Part shown: positions 49,074-59,120 of the stretch, piece by piece
How the letters are laid out: each line of letters opens with the position of its first letter
How positions within the stretch are numbered: position 1 is the first letter of the stretch
Assembly: GCA_036390995.1 (NCBI GenBank)
Contig: DASWAT010000064.1
Location: forward strand, 18,282 to 82,281
Source of the DNA: Actinomycetota bacterium
GTDB lineage: Bacteria > Actinomycetota > UBA4738 > HRBIN12
Length of the DNA: 64,000 nucleotides
Direction of reading: 5' to 3'
Translations under genes and position numbers: made by a program
Notes under the pieces: model-generated
The model's database searches: none
Seen by the model: only the letters and a program-made list of their open reading frames with translations
What the model was told of the DNA's origin: nothing

Positions 49074-50720
49074 TCAGGAGGCGGGGCTCCGCAACGACCG
49101 CCCGGCGGTGACGCCGGTCGGCTCGCCGTCGGCCACGGCCACCCGACCGTTCACGACGACCCAGTCGACGCCCTCGGGGAAGTCGTGCGGGTAATGCTCC
49201 GTGATGGGGTCGTGGGGGAACAGGTTCGTGGCCCGGTCGCGGACCCGCTCGAGGTCGAGCACGACGAGGTCCGCGGCCATCCCGGGCGCGATCGCGCCGC
49301 GATCGGTCAAGCCCAGGCGGCTCGCGGGCATCCAGGTCATCTTGCGCACGGCCTCCTCCACGGTGAGCACCGGCTCGTTCACCACGAAGCGCTCGAGGAT
49401 GCCTGGGAACTCGCCGTAGCTGCACGGCATGTACGGCGGAGGATCGGCGACGTTCGCGCCGCGCGGCATGACCCAGCCGTCGGAGCAGAGCATCACCATC
49501 GGATGGCGCATGAGCGCCTTCACCACGTCGAGCTCGATGTAGTCGAACAGCCCCATCGCGGCGCCGCGGCTCGCGACGATGCGGTCGAGGTAGGCGGTCC
49601 ACCCGTCGGTCCCCTCCCGCTCCGCGATCTGGGCGATCGTCCGCCCCGCGTCCCCGTCCGCGCCGGGACCCGGCAGGAGCCACACGCGGTCCCACGCCCG
49701 ATGCTTGAGCAGCCCCACCGGCCCGTACGCCGGCCGGCGATCATCGGTCGTCTCGGCGATCAGCTCACGCCGCCGCTCGGGTGAGCCCAGGAGCGCCATC
49801 AGGTCGTCCGGCGAAAGCTCGTGCGTCCACTGCGGCAGGCCGTACCGGAGATCCCATCCCAGGTCCGTGTGACCGTCGTTGTCGACCGCGACGTCGAGAC
49901 CGCGAGCGCGAGCGTTCTCCCACAGTCGCATCACGTCGGGAAGCAGATGGGTGCCGCCGTGCTTCGGCGCGTTGTGGCTGATCTGGATGCGGCACCCGGA
50001 GCGCTCGCCGATCTCGATGCACTCGCGGACGGCGTCTGCCACGGTCTCGCGCTCACCCCGGATGTGGCTGGCGTACAGCCCGCCGTGGCTCGCGACGACC
50101 TCCGCGAGCGCGACGATCTCGTCGGTGTCCCCGAAGCAGCCCGGCGGGTAGACGAGCCCGGTCGACATGCCGAACGCGCCGGCGCGCATGGCCTCCTCCA
50201 CGTGGCCCCGCATCCGGTCGAGCTCCTCGGCCGCGGGCGGACGCTGCTCGTAGCCCAGCACCGCAAGACGCACCGACCCGTGGCCGACCAGTGGAACGAC
50301 GTTCACACCGACGCCGGCACGCTCGACGGCGTCCAGGTACTCCCCGAACGTGGACCATGCGTACGGCACGGGATGCCCGTAGTCGGGGAAGCTCTGCTCG
50401 GCCAGGTGCCGGGTTCCCTCTGCCACCGGTGCCGGAGAGACCCCGCAGTTGCCGGTGACGTGCGTGGTCATCCCCTGCCGGACCGCGTTCTCCGCGGTCG
50501 GGTCCTGCAGGATCCCGATGTCGCTGTGGGTGTGGATGTCGACGAAGCCCGGACAGACGTACCGGCCCTCGGCCCGGACCACGCGGGCGGCATCGGCCGG
50601 TTCGAGCGCGCCCACCGCGACGATCCGGTCCCCCACGATCCCGACGTCCCCGGGCCGCCACGGGCTCCCGGTCCCGTCGACGATCCGGCCGCCCCGGATC
50701 AGCAGGTCGAACGCAGGCAC
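49074..50720 (-). CDS. N-acyl-D-amino-acid deacylase (D-aminoacylase) family amidohydrolase
   Basis: Motifs PGFVDIHTHSD and MTTHVTGNCG, plus the C-terminal amidohydrolase fold. Confidence 0.8.
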   Translation of the reverse strand: MPAFDLLIRGGRIVDGTGSPWRPGDVGIVGDRIVAVGALEPADAARVVRAEGRYVCPGFVDIHTHSDIGILQDPTAENAVRQGMTTHVTGNCGVSPAPVAEGTRHLAEQSFPDYGHPVPYAWSTFGEYLDAVERAGVGVNVVPLVGHGSVRLAVLGYEQRPPAAEELDRMRGHVEEAMRAGAFGMSTGLVYPPGCFGDTDEIVALAEVVASHGGLYASHIRGERETVADAVRECIEIGERSGCRIQISHNAPKHGGTHLLPDVMRLWENARARGLDVAVDNDGHTDLGWDLRYGLPQWTHELSPDDLMALLGSPERRRELIAETTDDRRPAYGPVGLLKHRAWDRVWLLPGPGADGDAGRTIAQIAEREGTDGWTAYLDRIVASRGAAMGLFDYIELDVVKALMRHPMVMLCSDGWVMPRGANVADPPPYMPCSYGEFPGILERFVVNEPVLTVEEAVRKMTWMPASRLGLTDRGAIAPGMAADLVVLDLERVRDRATNLFPHDPITEHYPHDFPEGVDWVVVNGRVAVADGEPTGVTAGRSLRSPAS

Positions 50721-50792
50721 GCCGGGAGCTTACGGGTCCCCGCGACCTCGTGCTTGCCCCCGCTCCGATCCCCGATTACCATCGTCGAACGC

Positions 50793-52859
50793 ATGTTCGA
50801 TGCCTTCGCTGCCTTGAACCCGGCCCAACGCGAGGCCGTGGAGCACGTCGACGGTCCTCTGCTCGTCGTGGCCGGCGCCGGGAGCGGTAAGACGTGGACG
50901 CTCGCATGCCGCGTGGCGCGACTGGTCGAGCACGGCGTGAAGCCAGAACGGATCCTCTTGCTGACGTTCACCCGCAGGGCGGCGCGCGAGATGCTGAGCC
51001 GCGCCGAGCGGCTGACCGGCCGGCTGCCGCTCGGGCGCGTGTGGGGTGGCACGTTCCATGCCACCGCGAACCGCCTGCTGCGCCTGCAGGGACGTGCGGT
51101 GGGCGTGCCGCCCGACTTCACCGTGCTCGATCGCACCGACACCGCCGACCTCATGGACCTGATCCGGGGCGAGCTCGGCCTGGGCCAGGGCACGCGGCGC
51201 TTCCCGCGCAAGGAGACCCTCGCCGACGTCTACTCGCGCACCGCGAACGCCGAAGAGAAGCTGCCGCAGGTCCTCGAGCGCGACTTCCCGTGGTGCGCCG
51301 ACGAGCTCGATGGCATCCGCGCCGTCTTCGAGGGGTACACCCGACGCAAGCGTGCGCAGCGGTGCCTGGACTACGACGATCTCCTCCTCTTCTGGCGCGC
51401 ACTCGCCGCGTCCCCGGCCGGCCCTCGCGTGGCCGCGATGTTCGACCACGTCCTCGTGGACGAGTACCAGGACACGAACGCCCTCCAGGCCGACATCCTG
51501 GCCGCGCTGAAGCCCGACGGGCGGGGGCTCATGGTGGTGGGCGACGACGCGCAGGCCATCTACGCGTTCCGGGCAGCGACGGTCCGCAACATCCTCGAGT
51601 TCCCCCAGCGCTTCCCCGGCACCACCATCGTGCGTCTCGAGCAGAACTACCGCTCCACGCAGCCGATCCTCGACGCCACGAACGCGGTGATCGCGCTGTC
51701 GTCCCAGCGGCACGAGAAGACGCTCTGGTCCGAGCGGGCGGACGGACCCCGGCCGCTGCTGCTCACCTGTCTGGACGAATCCGACCAATCCGACGCCGTG
51801 TGCCGCGCCGTGCTCGAGCATCGCGAGCGCGGCGTTCTGCTCAAGGACCAGGCGGTACTGTTCAGGGCCGCGCACCACAGCGACCTGCTCGAGGTCGAGC
51901 TGTCCCGGCGGAACATCCCGTTCGTGAAGTACGGAGGGCTCGCCTTCATGGAGTCGGCGCACGTGAAGGATGCGCTCGCGGTGTTACGCCTGCTCGACAA
52001 CCCGCGCGACGAGGTCAGCTGGTTCCGGGTCCTGCAGCTGCTCGACGGCGTGGGGCCGGCCACGGCACGTCGGCTGATGGGCGAGGTCGGCGTGACCGGC
52101 GCCGCCACAGGAACCGATGGAATCGAGAGCCCTTCACCACTGACCCGCCTGCTCGAGACCGACCTCTCGGTCCCCGCCGAGGCGCGCTCGGAGCTCGACG
52201 AGCTGCGCGGCGTGACCCGCGACTGCGCCGATGATATCCCCCTTGCGGTGCAGCTCGAGCGGGTCCGCCGGTTCCTCGAACCGATCTTGGTGCGGCGGTA
52301 CGACAACGCCGACGTCCGCCTCCGCGACCTCGAGCAGCTCGAGCAGCTCGCGTCGGCCTATCCCACGCGGGAGCGGTTCGTCACCGACCTCACGCTGGAC
52401 CCGCCGTCGGCCACCGGCGACCTGGCCGGGCCGCCGCTGCTGGACGAGGATCACCTCGTGCTCTCCACGATCCATTCGGCCAAGGGCGGCGAGTGGGACG
52501 TGGTCCACGTGATCCACGCCGCCGACGGCATGATCCCCTCGGACATGGCCACCGGCGACGACGCCCAGATCGAGGAGGAGCGCCGTTTGTTCTACGTCGC
52601 GCTCACCCGGGCCCGCGACGAGCTCCGCGTGTACGTCCCGCTCCGGTACCACCGGCGGAACCGGGGCCGAGAGGACCGGCACCTCCACGCCCAGCTGACG
52701 CGGTTCCTGCCCGAGGGCGTCATCGAACGCTTCGACCGGTGCGCCTCGTACTCCGACCCGCAGGCCGGCGACGCTGCCCCGTCCACGGCCGACGGCGAGG
52801 GTGAGCCGGCCGAGATGGAAACGGTCGACCGGTTCCTGGCCGGCTTGTGGGCAAGCTAG
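50793..52859 (+). CDS. UvrD/PcrA/Rep-family ATP-dependent DNA helicase
   Basis: ATG 50793. Walker A AGAGSGKT. Motifs LLTFTRRAAREM, VLVDEYQDTN, QNYRST and VLSTIHSAKGGEWDVV. Confidence 0.85.
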   Translation: MFDAFAALNPAQREAVEHVDGPLLVVAGAGSGKTWTLACRVARLVEHGVKPERILLLTFTRRAAREMLSRAERLTGRLPLGRVWGGTFHATANRLLRLQGRAVGVPPDFTVLDRTDTADLMDLIRGELGLGQGTRRFPRKETLADVYSRTANAEEKLPQVLERDFPWCADELDGIRAVFEGYTRRKRAQRCLDYDDLLLFWRALAASPAGPRVAAMFDHVLVDEYQDTNALQADILAALKPDGRGLMVVGDDAQAIYAFRAATVRNILEFPQRFPGTTIVRLEQNYRSTQPILDATNAVIALSSQRHEKTLWSERADGPRPLLLTCLDESDQSDAVCRAVLEHRERGVLLKDQAVLFRAAHHSDLLEVELSRRNIPFVKYGGLAFMESAHVKDALAVLRLLDNPRDEVSWFRVLQLLDGVGPATARRLMGEVGVTGAATGTDGIESPSPLTRLLETDLSVPAEARSELDELRGVTRDCADDIPLAVQLERVRRFLEPILVRRYDNADVRLRDLEQLEQLASAYPTRERFVTDLTLDPPSATGDLAGPPLLDEDHLVLSTIHSAKGGEWDVVHVIHAADGMIPSDMATGDDAQIEEERRLFYVALTRARDELRVYVPLRYHRRNRGREDRHLHAQLTRFLPEGVIERFDRCASYSDPQAGDAAPSTADGEGEPAEMETVDRFLAGLWAS

Positions 52860-52870
52860 TCTGGACCAGA

Positions 52871-55045
52871 CTAGCTGGGCCGTGCCAGCCGCTCGTGCAC
52901 CCGCGCCGCGGCGGCCAGCGCGTCCGCCGCCTGTTCCGGGGGAAGGTCCACCCCCGAGAACCGCTCCCACTCGAACGCGCGGACCACGGCCTCTGCGTCC
53001 GGAACCGCTTCCTGCACGAGGATCCCCTCGCGGCGAACGCCGGTGAGGAACTCCTCGGGCGTCTCATGGTCGCGCCGCGCGCGGCCCTCTTCCGCCAGCG
53101 CCCGGGACAGCGTCACGAACGCCGCGGCCGCACCGGTGGGCGACGGTCCTTGCCCCCGGACGCGCTTCCGCCGGCGGGCGAGCACGCCGATCGCGATCAG
53201 CCCGCCGAGTCCCGCCACCGCCACCGGCCACGCCGCCAGCACTCCCTGGGCGGCGGTCGCGATCGCTCGCCCCGCGGCGCGCCCTGCGGCCCTGACCGGC
53301 TCGGGCGTGATCGACGCCAGGAACCGGCCGACCGCTCGGATGACCTCCGGCGCGATGAACCTGCCGCCGAGCCCCGGGTCCGCCGGCGGCACCCCGAACG
53401 TCGGGTCGTAGGGCACCCACCCGATGCCGGGGTACAAGACCTCCACCCACGCGTGGGCGTCGGCCTCGCGGACTTCGTAGTAGCCGGTGAACGGGTTCCG
53501 CTCCCCCGGCCCGAACCCCGTCACCAGGCGCGTGGGGATGCCCTCGGCCCGCAGCAGCACCGCCATCGCGCTCGCGATGTGTTCACAGAAACCCTCGCGC
53601 TCGTCGAACAGGAACCAGTCCACGGCATCCACGCCGGGGGGCTGGCGGGGGACGTCGAGGTTGTAGGTCGTGTTGCGCTGCAGCCATCGCTGCACCGCCA
53701 TGACCTTGTCGTAGGTCGTGACCGCCCCCCCGGTGATCCGATCCGCGAGCGCCACGTCTCGCTCCGGCAGGTCGTTCGGCAGCTGCGTGTACCGCCGTAC
53801 CGCTGCGGCATCGTACGTGCCGATCGCTCCCCGCAGGATCGCCGGAGTGGTCACCGGCACCTGCGACACGACCGAGTAGACCATCCCGTCTTCGAGGTAG
53901 ATCGGCGACCGGAGCGATCCGTACGCGTCGATCGAGAGGTTCGCGGTGGGGAAGAAGACCTGCTCGGGAGCGAACGCGGAGAACACGATGTTCGGCTCCC
54001 GCCCCGCCACGTAGAACGTCGTCACGATGCGCCGCGTCGGCGCGCCGAACCCCTCGGCCGGTGCGGGGATCGCGAAGCTCTGGTCGATGGAGTCCTGCCC
54101 GATCGTCTGCGTCTGCGTGTCCGACGCCGTCCACGCGGTCCCGTCGAACGTGTCGTAGACCTGTCCCCGCCACAGCGCCGCCTGCGGGGTCCGCACGCGC
54201 ATCACGATGCGATCCGACAGCCGTCCGCGGGCGCGCAGGTCCACGGTGGAGCCGAACCCCGGGTATGCGGTCGGGGCGAAGTCCACCACCGGACCGCCGG
54301 GCCCCGCCGACGCCGGCAGGCCGGGGTTCAGCACCTGCCCCGCGAACCCCTCGACCGCAACGGCGTTGCGAACGGCGAACGGCGGCAGCCGGACGAACGC
54401 ACCGGGGAGCCGGGGCAGGACCAGGAACACGGCCGAGACGGCCGTGAGCGTCGCGGCCGTCGCGGCCACCAGCGATCGGCCGAACGCCGGCGCGGCGCCG
54501 CCCCGTTCCCGGAACCGCCGGACGAACGCCGGCTCGGCCACCTCGTGCGTCGCCGGCCGCTGCGAGAGGTACAGCCACGCCCCCGCCAGCGCGGTCCACG
54601 GGACCAGGAAGACCAGGAAGCCGGTGCCGAAGGACAGGGCGCCGGCCTCGGCCATCAGGATGAGGCTCGAGACCACGGAGAAAGCCAGGTCGCGCCGGCG
54701 CGGAACGTCGAACGAGTGCAGGACCTGCACCCACACGAACAACGAGGCGAGCGGGATCCGGGCCTCGTCCACGGTCTCGGCGAACCGAACGCCCTGCAGG
54801 AACGACCCGAGCGCGGCGAGCAGCCCGACGGCCAGCACCACCTTCGTCGCGACGTTCGCCTTCCGGCGCTGGACGTACGAGAAGACGTAGCCCGCCGGCA
54901 CGAGCAACAGCCCCCCGACCGAGGTGAACGCGTCCGTGGCCCTCTGGGCGACGACGGCGACCAGGGCGACCATCACCAGCGCCCCCACGATCGCGCGGAG
55001 CGGGATCGAGTCCTCCGGCGGCTCCTTCGGACGCCGGGGCCTCAC
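52871..55045 (-). CDS. Transglutaminase-like membrane protein (N-terminal polytopic domain + TGase core + C-terminal TM + DUF4129)
   Basis: GTG 55045 overlaps the DUF58 TGA (GTGA). TGase core GFCEHIASAMAVLLRAEGIPTR...ADAHAWVEV...VPYDPT (Cys-His-Asp). C-terminal DHETPEEF DUF4129 tail. Confidence 0.8.
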   Translation of the reverse strand: MRPRRPKEPPEDSIPLRAIVGALVMVALVAVVAQRATDAFTSVGGLLLVPAGYVFSYVQRRKANVATKVVLAVGLLAALGSFLQGVRFAETVDEARIPLASLFVWVQVLHSFDVPRRRDLAFSVVSSLILMAEAGALSFGTGFLVFLVPWTALAGAWLYLSQRPATHEVAEPAFVRRFRERGGAAPAFGRSLVAATAATLTAVSAVFLVLPRLPGAFVRLPPFAVRNAVAVEGFAGQVLNPGLPASAGPGGPVVDFAPTAYPGFGSTVDLRARGRLSDRIVMRVRTPQAALWRGQVYDTFDGTAWTASDTQTQTIGQDSIDQSFAIPAPAEGFGAPTRRIVTTFYVAGREPNIVFSAFAPEQVFFPTANLSIDAYGSLRSPIYLEDGMVYSVVSQVPVTTPAILRGAIGTYDAAAVRRYTQLPNDLPERDVALADRITGGAVTTYDKVMAVQRWLQRNTTYNLDVPRQPPGVDAVDWFLFDEREGFCEHIASAMAVLLRAEGIPTRLVTGFGPGERNPFTGYYEVREADAHAWVEVLYPGIGWVPYDPTFGVPPADPGLGGRFIAPEVIRAVGRFLASITPEPVRAAGRAAGRAIATAAQGVLAAWPVAVAGLGGLIAIGVLARRRKRVRGQGPSPTGAAAAFVTLSRALAEEGRARRDHETPEEFLTGVRREGILVQEAVPDAEAVVRAFEWERFSGVDLPPEQAADALAAAARVHERLARPS

Positions 55046-56256
55046 GACGCCAGCACGGTCGGTCGTGCCAGACACGCGGCCAGGTCCTCCTTCGCTCGGA
55101 CTCGGTAGACGGCGACACCGCGGGCCAACAGCCCCTCCGCCAGCCGATCGGCCTCCCGCTCGGACATCACCGGCGCCCGGCGGTCGGCCGGAAAGCCGTG
55201 GGCCTCGATCAGCGCCGCGGCCACCCTCGGCGCCACGGCCTGCACGGCGGCAACGGCATCGGGGAGACCGGCGTTCGCACGCCATGTCGGCACGGCCAGC
55301 AGCACCGTCTGCACCCCGCGCAGCCTGGCTCCCAGCTCGGGAAGCATCTGCGCGAGGGCCAGACCGCCGAACGCCGGGAGCTCGGCCAGCCACTCCAGCA
55401 GGTGCGGCGGTTCCGCCCGCATCAGCGCGTCGACCGAGCCCTCACGCGCGGCGAGCAGCCGCACCCCGTGCCCGCGGCCGAGGGCCGAGAAGGCCACCGA
55501 CGCGGCGACCGAGCAGGCCGTGTCGAGCGGCGTCTCCTCCTCGCCCGCGTCGGCGAGCGTGTCCACGACGATGGCCAGCCGGCGCGTGTGTTCCTGCTCG
55601 AACTCCCGGACCATCACCTGGCCGTGGCGGGCCGTCGACGGCCAGTGGACGTGCCGCATGCTGTCTCCCACCCGGTACTCGCGGATCCCCAGATACTCCG
55701 GACCCGTGCCCCGGCGCGGGGCGCTGTGGATGGCGTGCTCCGGCGTCGGAGACGCGTCCACCAGCGGCGTCGAGGGCAGCCGCACCAGGGCCGGCAGCAC
55801 CAGCGTCCGCCCCGGGACCTCGAGCCGCCGCCGGCTCTCCGCGACGCCGAACGGCGCGGCCGACCGGATCCGAACCGGCGTGTCCTCCTGCAGACCCCGG
55901 CGGGCCGCACGCCGCACGGTCCCGATCACCACCCGCTCGCCCGGTGCGAGCGGCGGAACGCTCACCCGTGCGTTCGCGACGTGCGTATCCTCGACCTCGA
56001 GGCCGAGCTTCACGCCGCGGCCCCGGTTCGCCACGATCACCTCCACGAGGACGTCGTCGCCCTGCGAGGCCTCGGACGGCGACCGCCGCTCCACCTGCAG
56101 GCCGCGCACCATCCGACGAGGAAGCAGCAGGCCGACGAGCGCGGCCCCGAGCAGGATCGAGGCCAGCACCAGCAGCCACCCGGCCTGGACGCTCGTCCCC
56201 ACGACGAACAGGAGTCCCGCGCCGACCACCATCGCGGCAGCGCGGCGGCGGGGCAT
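55042..56256 (-). CDS. DUF58 domain protein (MoxR partner)
   Basis: ATG 56256 overlaps the MoxR TGA (ATGA). Two TM helices, then the GIREYRVGDSMRHVHW motif. Confidence 0.8.
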   Translation of the reverse strand: MPRRRAAAMVVGAGLLFVVGTSVQAGWLLVLASILLGAALVGLLLPRRMVRGLQVERRSPSEASQGDDVLVEVIVANRGRGVKLGLEVEDTHVANARVSVPPLAPGERVVIGTVRRAARRGLQEDTPVRIRSAAPFGVAESRRRLEVPGRTLVLPALVRLPSTPLVDASPTPEHAIHSAPRRGTGPEYLGIREYRVGDSMRHVHWPSTARHGQVMVREFEQEHTRRLAIVVDTLADAGEEETPLDTACSVAASVAFSALGRGHGVRLLAAREGSVDALMRAEPPHLLEWLAELPAFGGLALAQMLPELGARLRGVQTVLLAVPTWRANAGLPDAVAAVQAVAPRVAAALIEAHGFPADRRAPVMSEREADRLAEGLLARGVAVYRVRAKEDLAACLARPTVLAS

Positions 56257-57224
56257 CACGCCCCCGCGACGCCGAGGGGGACGGGCACCTGGTCGAGGAT
56301 CGATCGGACGATCTCGGTCCCGCGCCCCGTGGCCGACGCTCCGACGCTTCGCAGGACCAGCCGGTGGCCGAGCACGGCCGGTGCGAGCGCCTTCACGTCG
56401 TCGGGCAGGACGAACGTCCGGCCCTCGGCAACCGCCCGGGCCTGCGCCGTGCGGGTCAGCCACAGCATCGACCGCGGCGAGGCGCCGAGCACGACCTCCG
56501 GGTGGGCCCGAGTGGCCTGGACGAGCATCACGACGTAGTCCACCACCCCCGGCTCGACGTGCACGGACCGCACCACGTGCTGATGCGCGGTCACCTCACC
56601 GGCGGAGAGCACCGGCAACAGGTCCTCGATCGGGTGCCTCAGCATCTGGCGGCGGACGATCTCCTTCGCGGCGTCGTGGCCGGGGTAGCCGACCCGCACG
56701 GTCATCGCGAACCGGTCGAGCTGCCCCTCGGGCAACGGATACGTGCCGTGCTGCTCGACCGGGTTCTCGGTGGCGATCAGCAGGTAGGGCCGGGGAAGCT
56801 CGTGCGTCACGTTCTCCACCGTGACCTGCCGTTCCTCCATCGGCTCCAGCAGGGCCGACTGCGTCCGCGGCGTGGTCCGGTTGACCTCGTCCACCAGCAC
56901 GACGTTGGCGAAGATCGGCCCGGGGACGAACCGGAACTCCTTCGCGTCCTGGTCGTAAACGGAGATGCCGGTGAGGTCGGAGGGCAGCAGGTCGGGTGTC
57001 GCCTGGACCCGGCTGAAGCTGCCGTCGATCGAGGCCGCGATGGCCCGAGCCAGCATGGTCTTGCCCACGCCGGGGACGCCCTCCAGCAGCAGGTTGCCCT
57101 CGGCGAACAAACAGATCACGGCGTCCTCGACGGCTTCGCGGCCGGCGATCACGCGCTCAACGTTGTCGACCACGCGGCGGAGCGCGGCCGAGGTCTGCGC
57201 CAGGTCGAGTGGGGCGGTGGGCAT
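56256..57224 (-). CDS. MoxR-family AAA+ ATPase
   Basis: Walker A GVGKTM. Motifs VLVDEVNRTTPRTQSALLEPMEE and LLIATENP. GGGAAGGG RBS. Confidence 0.85.
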   Translation of the reverse strand: MPTAPLDLAQTSAALRRVVDNVERVIAGREAVEDAVICLFAEGNLLLEGVPGVGKTMLARAIAASIDGSFSRVQATPDLLPSDLTGISVYDQDAKEFRFVPGPIFANVVLVDEVNRTTPRTQSALLEPMEERQVTVENVTHELPRPYLLIATENPVEQHGTYPLPEGQLDRFAMTVRVGYPGHDAAKEIVRRQMLRHPIEDLLPVLSAGEVTAHQHVVRSVHVEPGVVDYVVMLVQATRAHPEVVLGASPRSMLWLTRTAQARAVAEGRTFVLPDDVKALAPAVLGHRLVLRSVGASATGRGTEIVRSILDQVPVPLGVAGA

Positions 57225-57302
57225 CCCTTCCCGTTTCCATCGACGGGGTCCCCGCCCCGCTTGACCAGCCTAGCCGGTCCCGACCGTTCGCACGCCGGGG
57301 GG

Positions 57303-57326
57303 CCGCGGCCGGGCTTCGGCCCGGCT
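57303..57326 (-). terminator. GC-rich hairpin (GCCGGGC-CGAA-GCCCGGC) immediately after the heliorhodopsin stop codon
   Basis: Perfect 7-bp stem with a 4-nt loop directly 3' of the TGA. No U-tract, which is common in high-GC actinobacteria. May be a partial terminator between the heliorhodopsin gene and MoxR. Confidence 0.35.
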
Positions 57327-58117
57327 CAGTTGCCGGTGGCCAGCGTGCCGGCGAAGACCTGCCACGCGAGGATCGACTTCGCCACGAGGCTGAGCAGGAC
57401 GTACACCGACTCCCCGACCAGGTAGTTCCGCCACGGCCCGATCCGCTTGTACTGCAGGTACATGTTGATCGCGAAGCTGTTGAAGAAGACGAACAGCGAG
57501 ACGAAGATGCCGTAGACGAAGCCGGGTGGGTTCGCCGCCGTCGTCGGGCTGATCAGGTAGATCCCGATCGCGATCCACGGCACGATCCCCGCGAGGCACC
57601 CGAGCCAGAACGGAAGGAGCCGGCCGCCGGGCTCCTCGTAGTGCTCCTGCACCAGGCCGAACAGGATCATCGCGGCGTTCACGCCGAACAACGCGACGAG
57701 CGCCGCGACGTCCGAGATGCCGGTGATCATCGCGATCAGCACCACCATCACCGACGCGCTCACCGAGTACTCGATCCACCGGGCGTCGTTCCGGTTCCGC
57801 TCGAGGTTGCGCCGGTACCAGTCGAACACGCCCGGCGAAGCGATCAGCCAATGGGCGATCGCCGAGAGGAACACGAACGCCGCCACGCCCCACGCGATCC
57901 GCACGTCGAACAACGTCTCGGGGACGCCGGGGTTCGAGCCCGGCGGTCCTTCGAGGAACGAGGCCGTGACCGGAAGCGAGGATCCGTTCGAAAGGAGCAG
58001 GATCGCAACGCCCTGCGCGGCGTGGAAGAAGCCCATGAGCACGTTGTATCGGCGCAGGCGCCGCATCCTGCCATCGACGTCGGTGTCGCCCCGTCGAGGG
58101 ATCGCCTCGGTCTCCAT
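57326..58117 (-). CDS. Heliorhodopsin (retinal-binding 7-TM photoreceptor, inverted topology)
   Basis: 263 aa, 7 TM. Blocks GPPGSN, NLERNRNDARWIEYSVSASVMVV and FWLGCLAGIVPWI. Retinal-Lys helix LSLVAKSILAWQVF. These match the family pattern as I recall it from characterised heliorhodopsins. Confidence 0.75.
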   Translation of the reverse strand: METEAIPRRGDTDVDGRMRRLRRYNVLMGFFHAAQGVAILLLSNGSSLPVTASFLEGPPGSNPGVPETLFDVRIAWGVAAFVFLSAIAHWLIASPGVFDWYRRNLERNRNDARWIEYSVSASVMVVLIAMITGISDVAALVALFGVNAAMILFGLVQEHYEEPGGRLLPFWLGCLAGIVPWIAIGIYLISPTTAANPPGFVYGIFVSLFVFFNSFAINMYLQYKRIGPWRNYLVGESVYVLLSLVAKSILAWQVFAGTLATGN

Positions 58118-58265
58118 GTCCCCACGGTACCGGATGCCCCGCGCCCGATCCTATGCATCGCTGCATGGCTTCAGGAGCCTCGCTCGGCGGGCGCCCGGCG
58201 GGCGCCGCTCGGTTCGGAGGCTCGGCTGGGGTGAACACGCGCATGGGGTCCAGTAGCGTGAACGT

Positions 58266-59120
58266 ATGCGTGTCGTTCGCACCGACGACGCGGCGGCGTT
58301 CCTGGGCTTGGCCGGCCCGCTGCTTCACCGCGACGAGGCGCGCAACAACCTGATCCTGGGGATCGCCGCCACCATGGTGGCCGACCCGAAGGCCTACGAG
58401 GCGCACGACGGATGGGTCGTGCTGGACCCCGACCCGGTTGCGGCCGCCATCCGAACCCCGCCGCGGCACCTCGTTCTGGGAGACCCGGCCGAGCTCGACG
58501 CGATGGCCGTCCTGGCCGATGCCGTCCGCGAGGACGTCCCGAACCTTCCCGGCGTGACCGGCACCCGCCCGGGCGTCGACGCGTTCGTGGCCGCGTGGAC
58601 GACGGCGACGGGGCAGACCGCTCGAACCCTCATGCGTCAGGGGGTGTACGCGCTCGAGCACGTGGTCGACGTGCCGAGGGCGGGCGGAGTCCCGCGGCTG
58701 GCGACGCGCCGCGACCGCGATCTGGTGGTCGGATGGATGGCGGCGTTCGCTCGCGAGGCGACACCCGAGGACGAGATCATCGAGGAAGAGCTCGTGCGGT
58801 TCCTCGAGGGCCGCCTGGAGAGCGAGGACGCCGGCTATCGCCTGTGGGTCGTCGGCGAGAAACCCGTGTCGCTGGCCGGCTACCAGGCGGCCACGGGGAC
58901 CGGGATGCGCGTGGGTCCCGTGTACACCCCGCCCGAGCAACGGCAGCAGGGCTACGCCACGAGCCTCGTCGCCGAGCTCAGCCGCCACCTCCTCGAGCGC
59001 GGCTACCGCGCCTGCTACCTGTACACCGACCTCGACAACCCCACGCCGAACGAGATCTACGAGTCGATCGGCTATCGGCAGGTGGCCGAGTCCCGGATGG
59101 TCGCGTTCGAGGCGCCCTAG
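58266..59120 (+). CDS. Two-domain GNAT family N-acetyltransferase
   Basis: C-terminal acetyl-CoA motif QRQQGYATSLVAEL. 284 aa. Divergent from the heliorhodopsin gene. Confidence 0.65.
   Translation: MRVVRTDDAAAFLGLAGPLLHRDEARNNLILGIAATMVADPKAYEAHDGWVVLDPDPVAAAIRTPPRHLVLGDPAELDAMAVLADAVREDVPNLPGVTGTRPGVDAFVAAWTTATGQTARTLMRQGVYALEHVVDVPRAGGVPRLATRRDRDLVVGWMAAFAREATPEDEIIEEELVRFLEGRLESEDAGYRLWVVGEKPVSLAGYQAATGTGMRVGPVYTPPEQRQQGYATSLVAELSRHLLERGYRACYLYTDLDNPTPNEIYESIGYRQVAESRMVAFEAP

Noticed and set aside
49821-50792. N-terminal 324-aa extension of the UvrD-like ORF (track start 49821)
   Set aside because: The extension is antisense to the D-aminoacylase gene and lacks helicase motifs. A conserved helicase N-terminus (MFDAFAALNPAQREAV...) begins at ATG 50793 with upstream promoter space.
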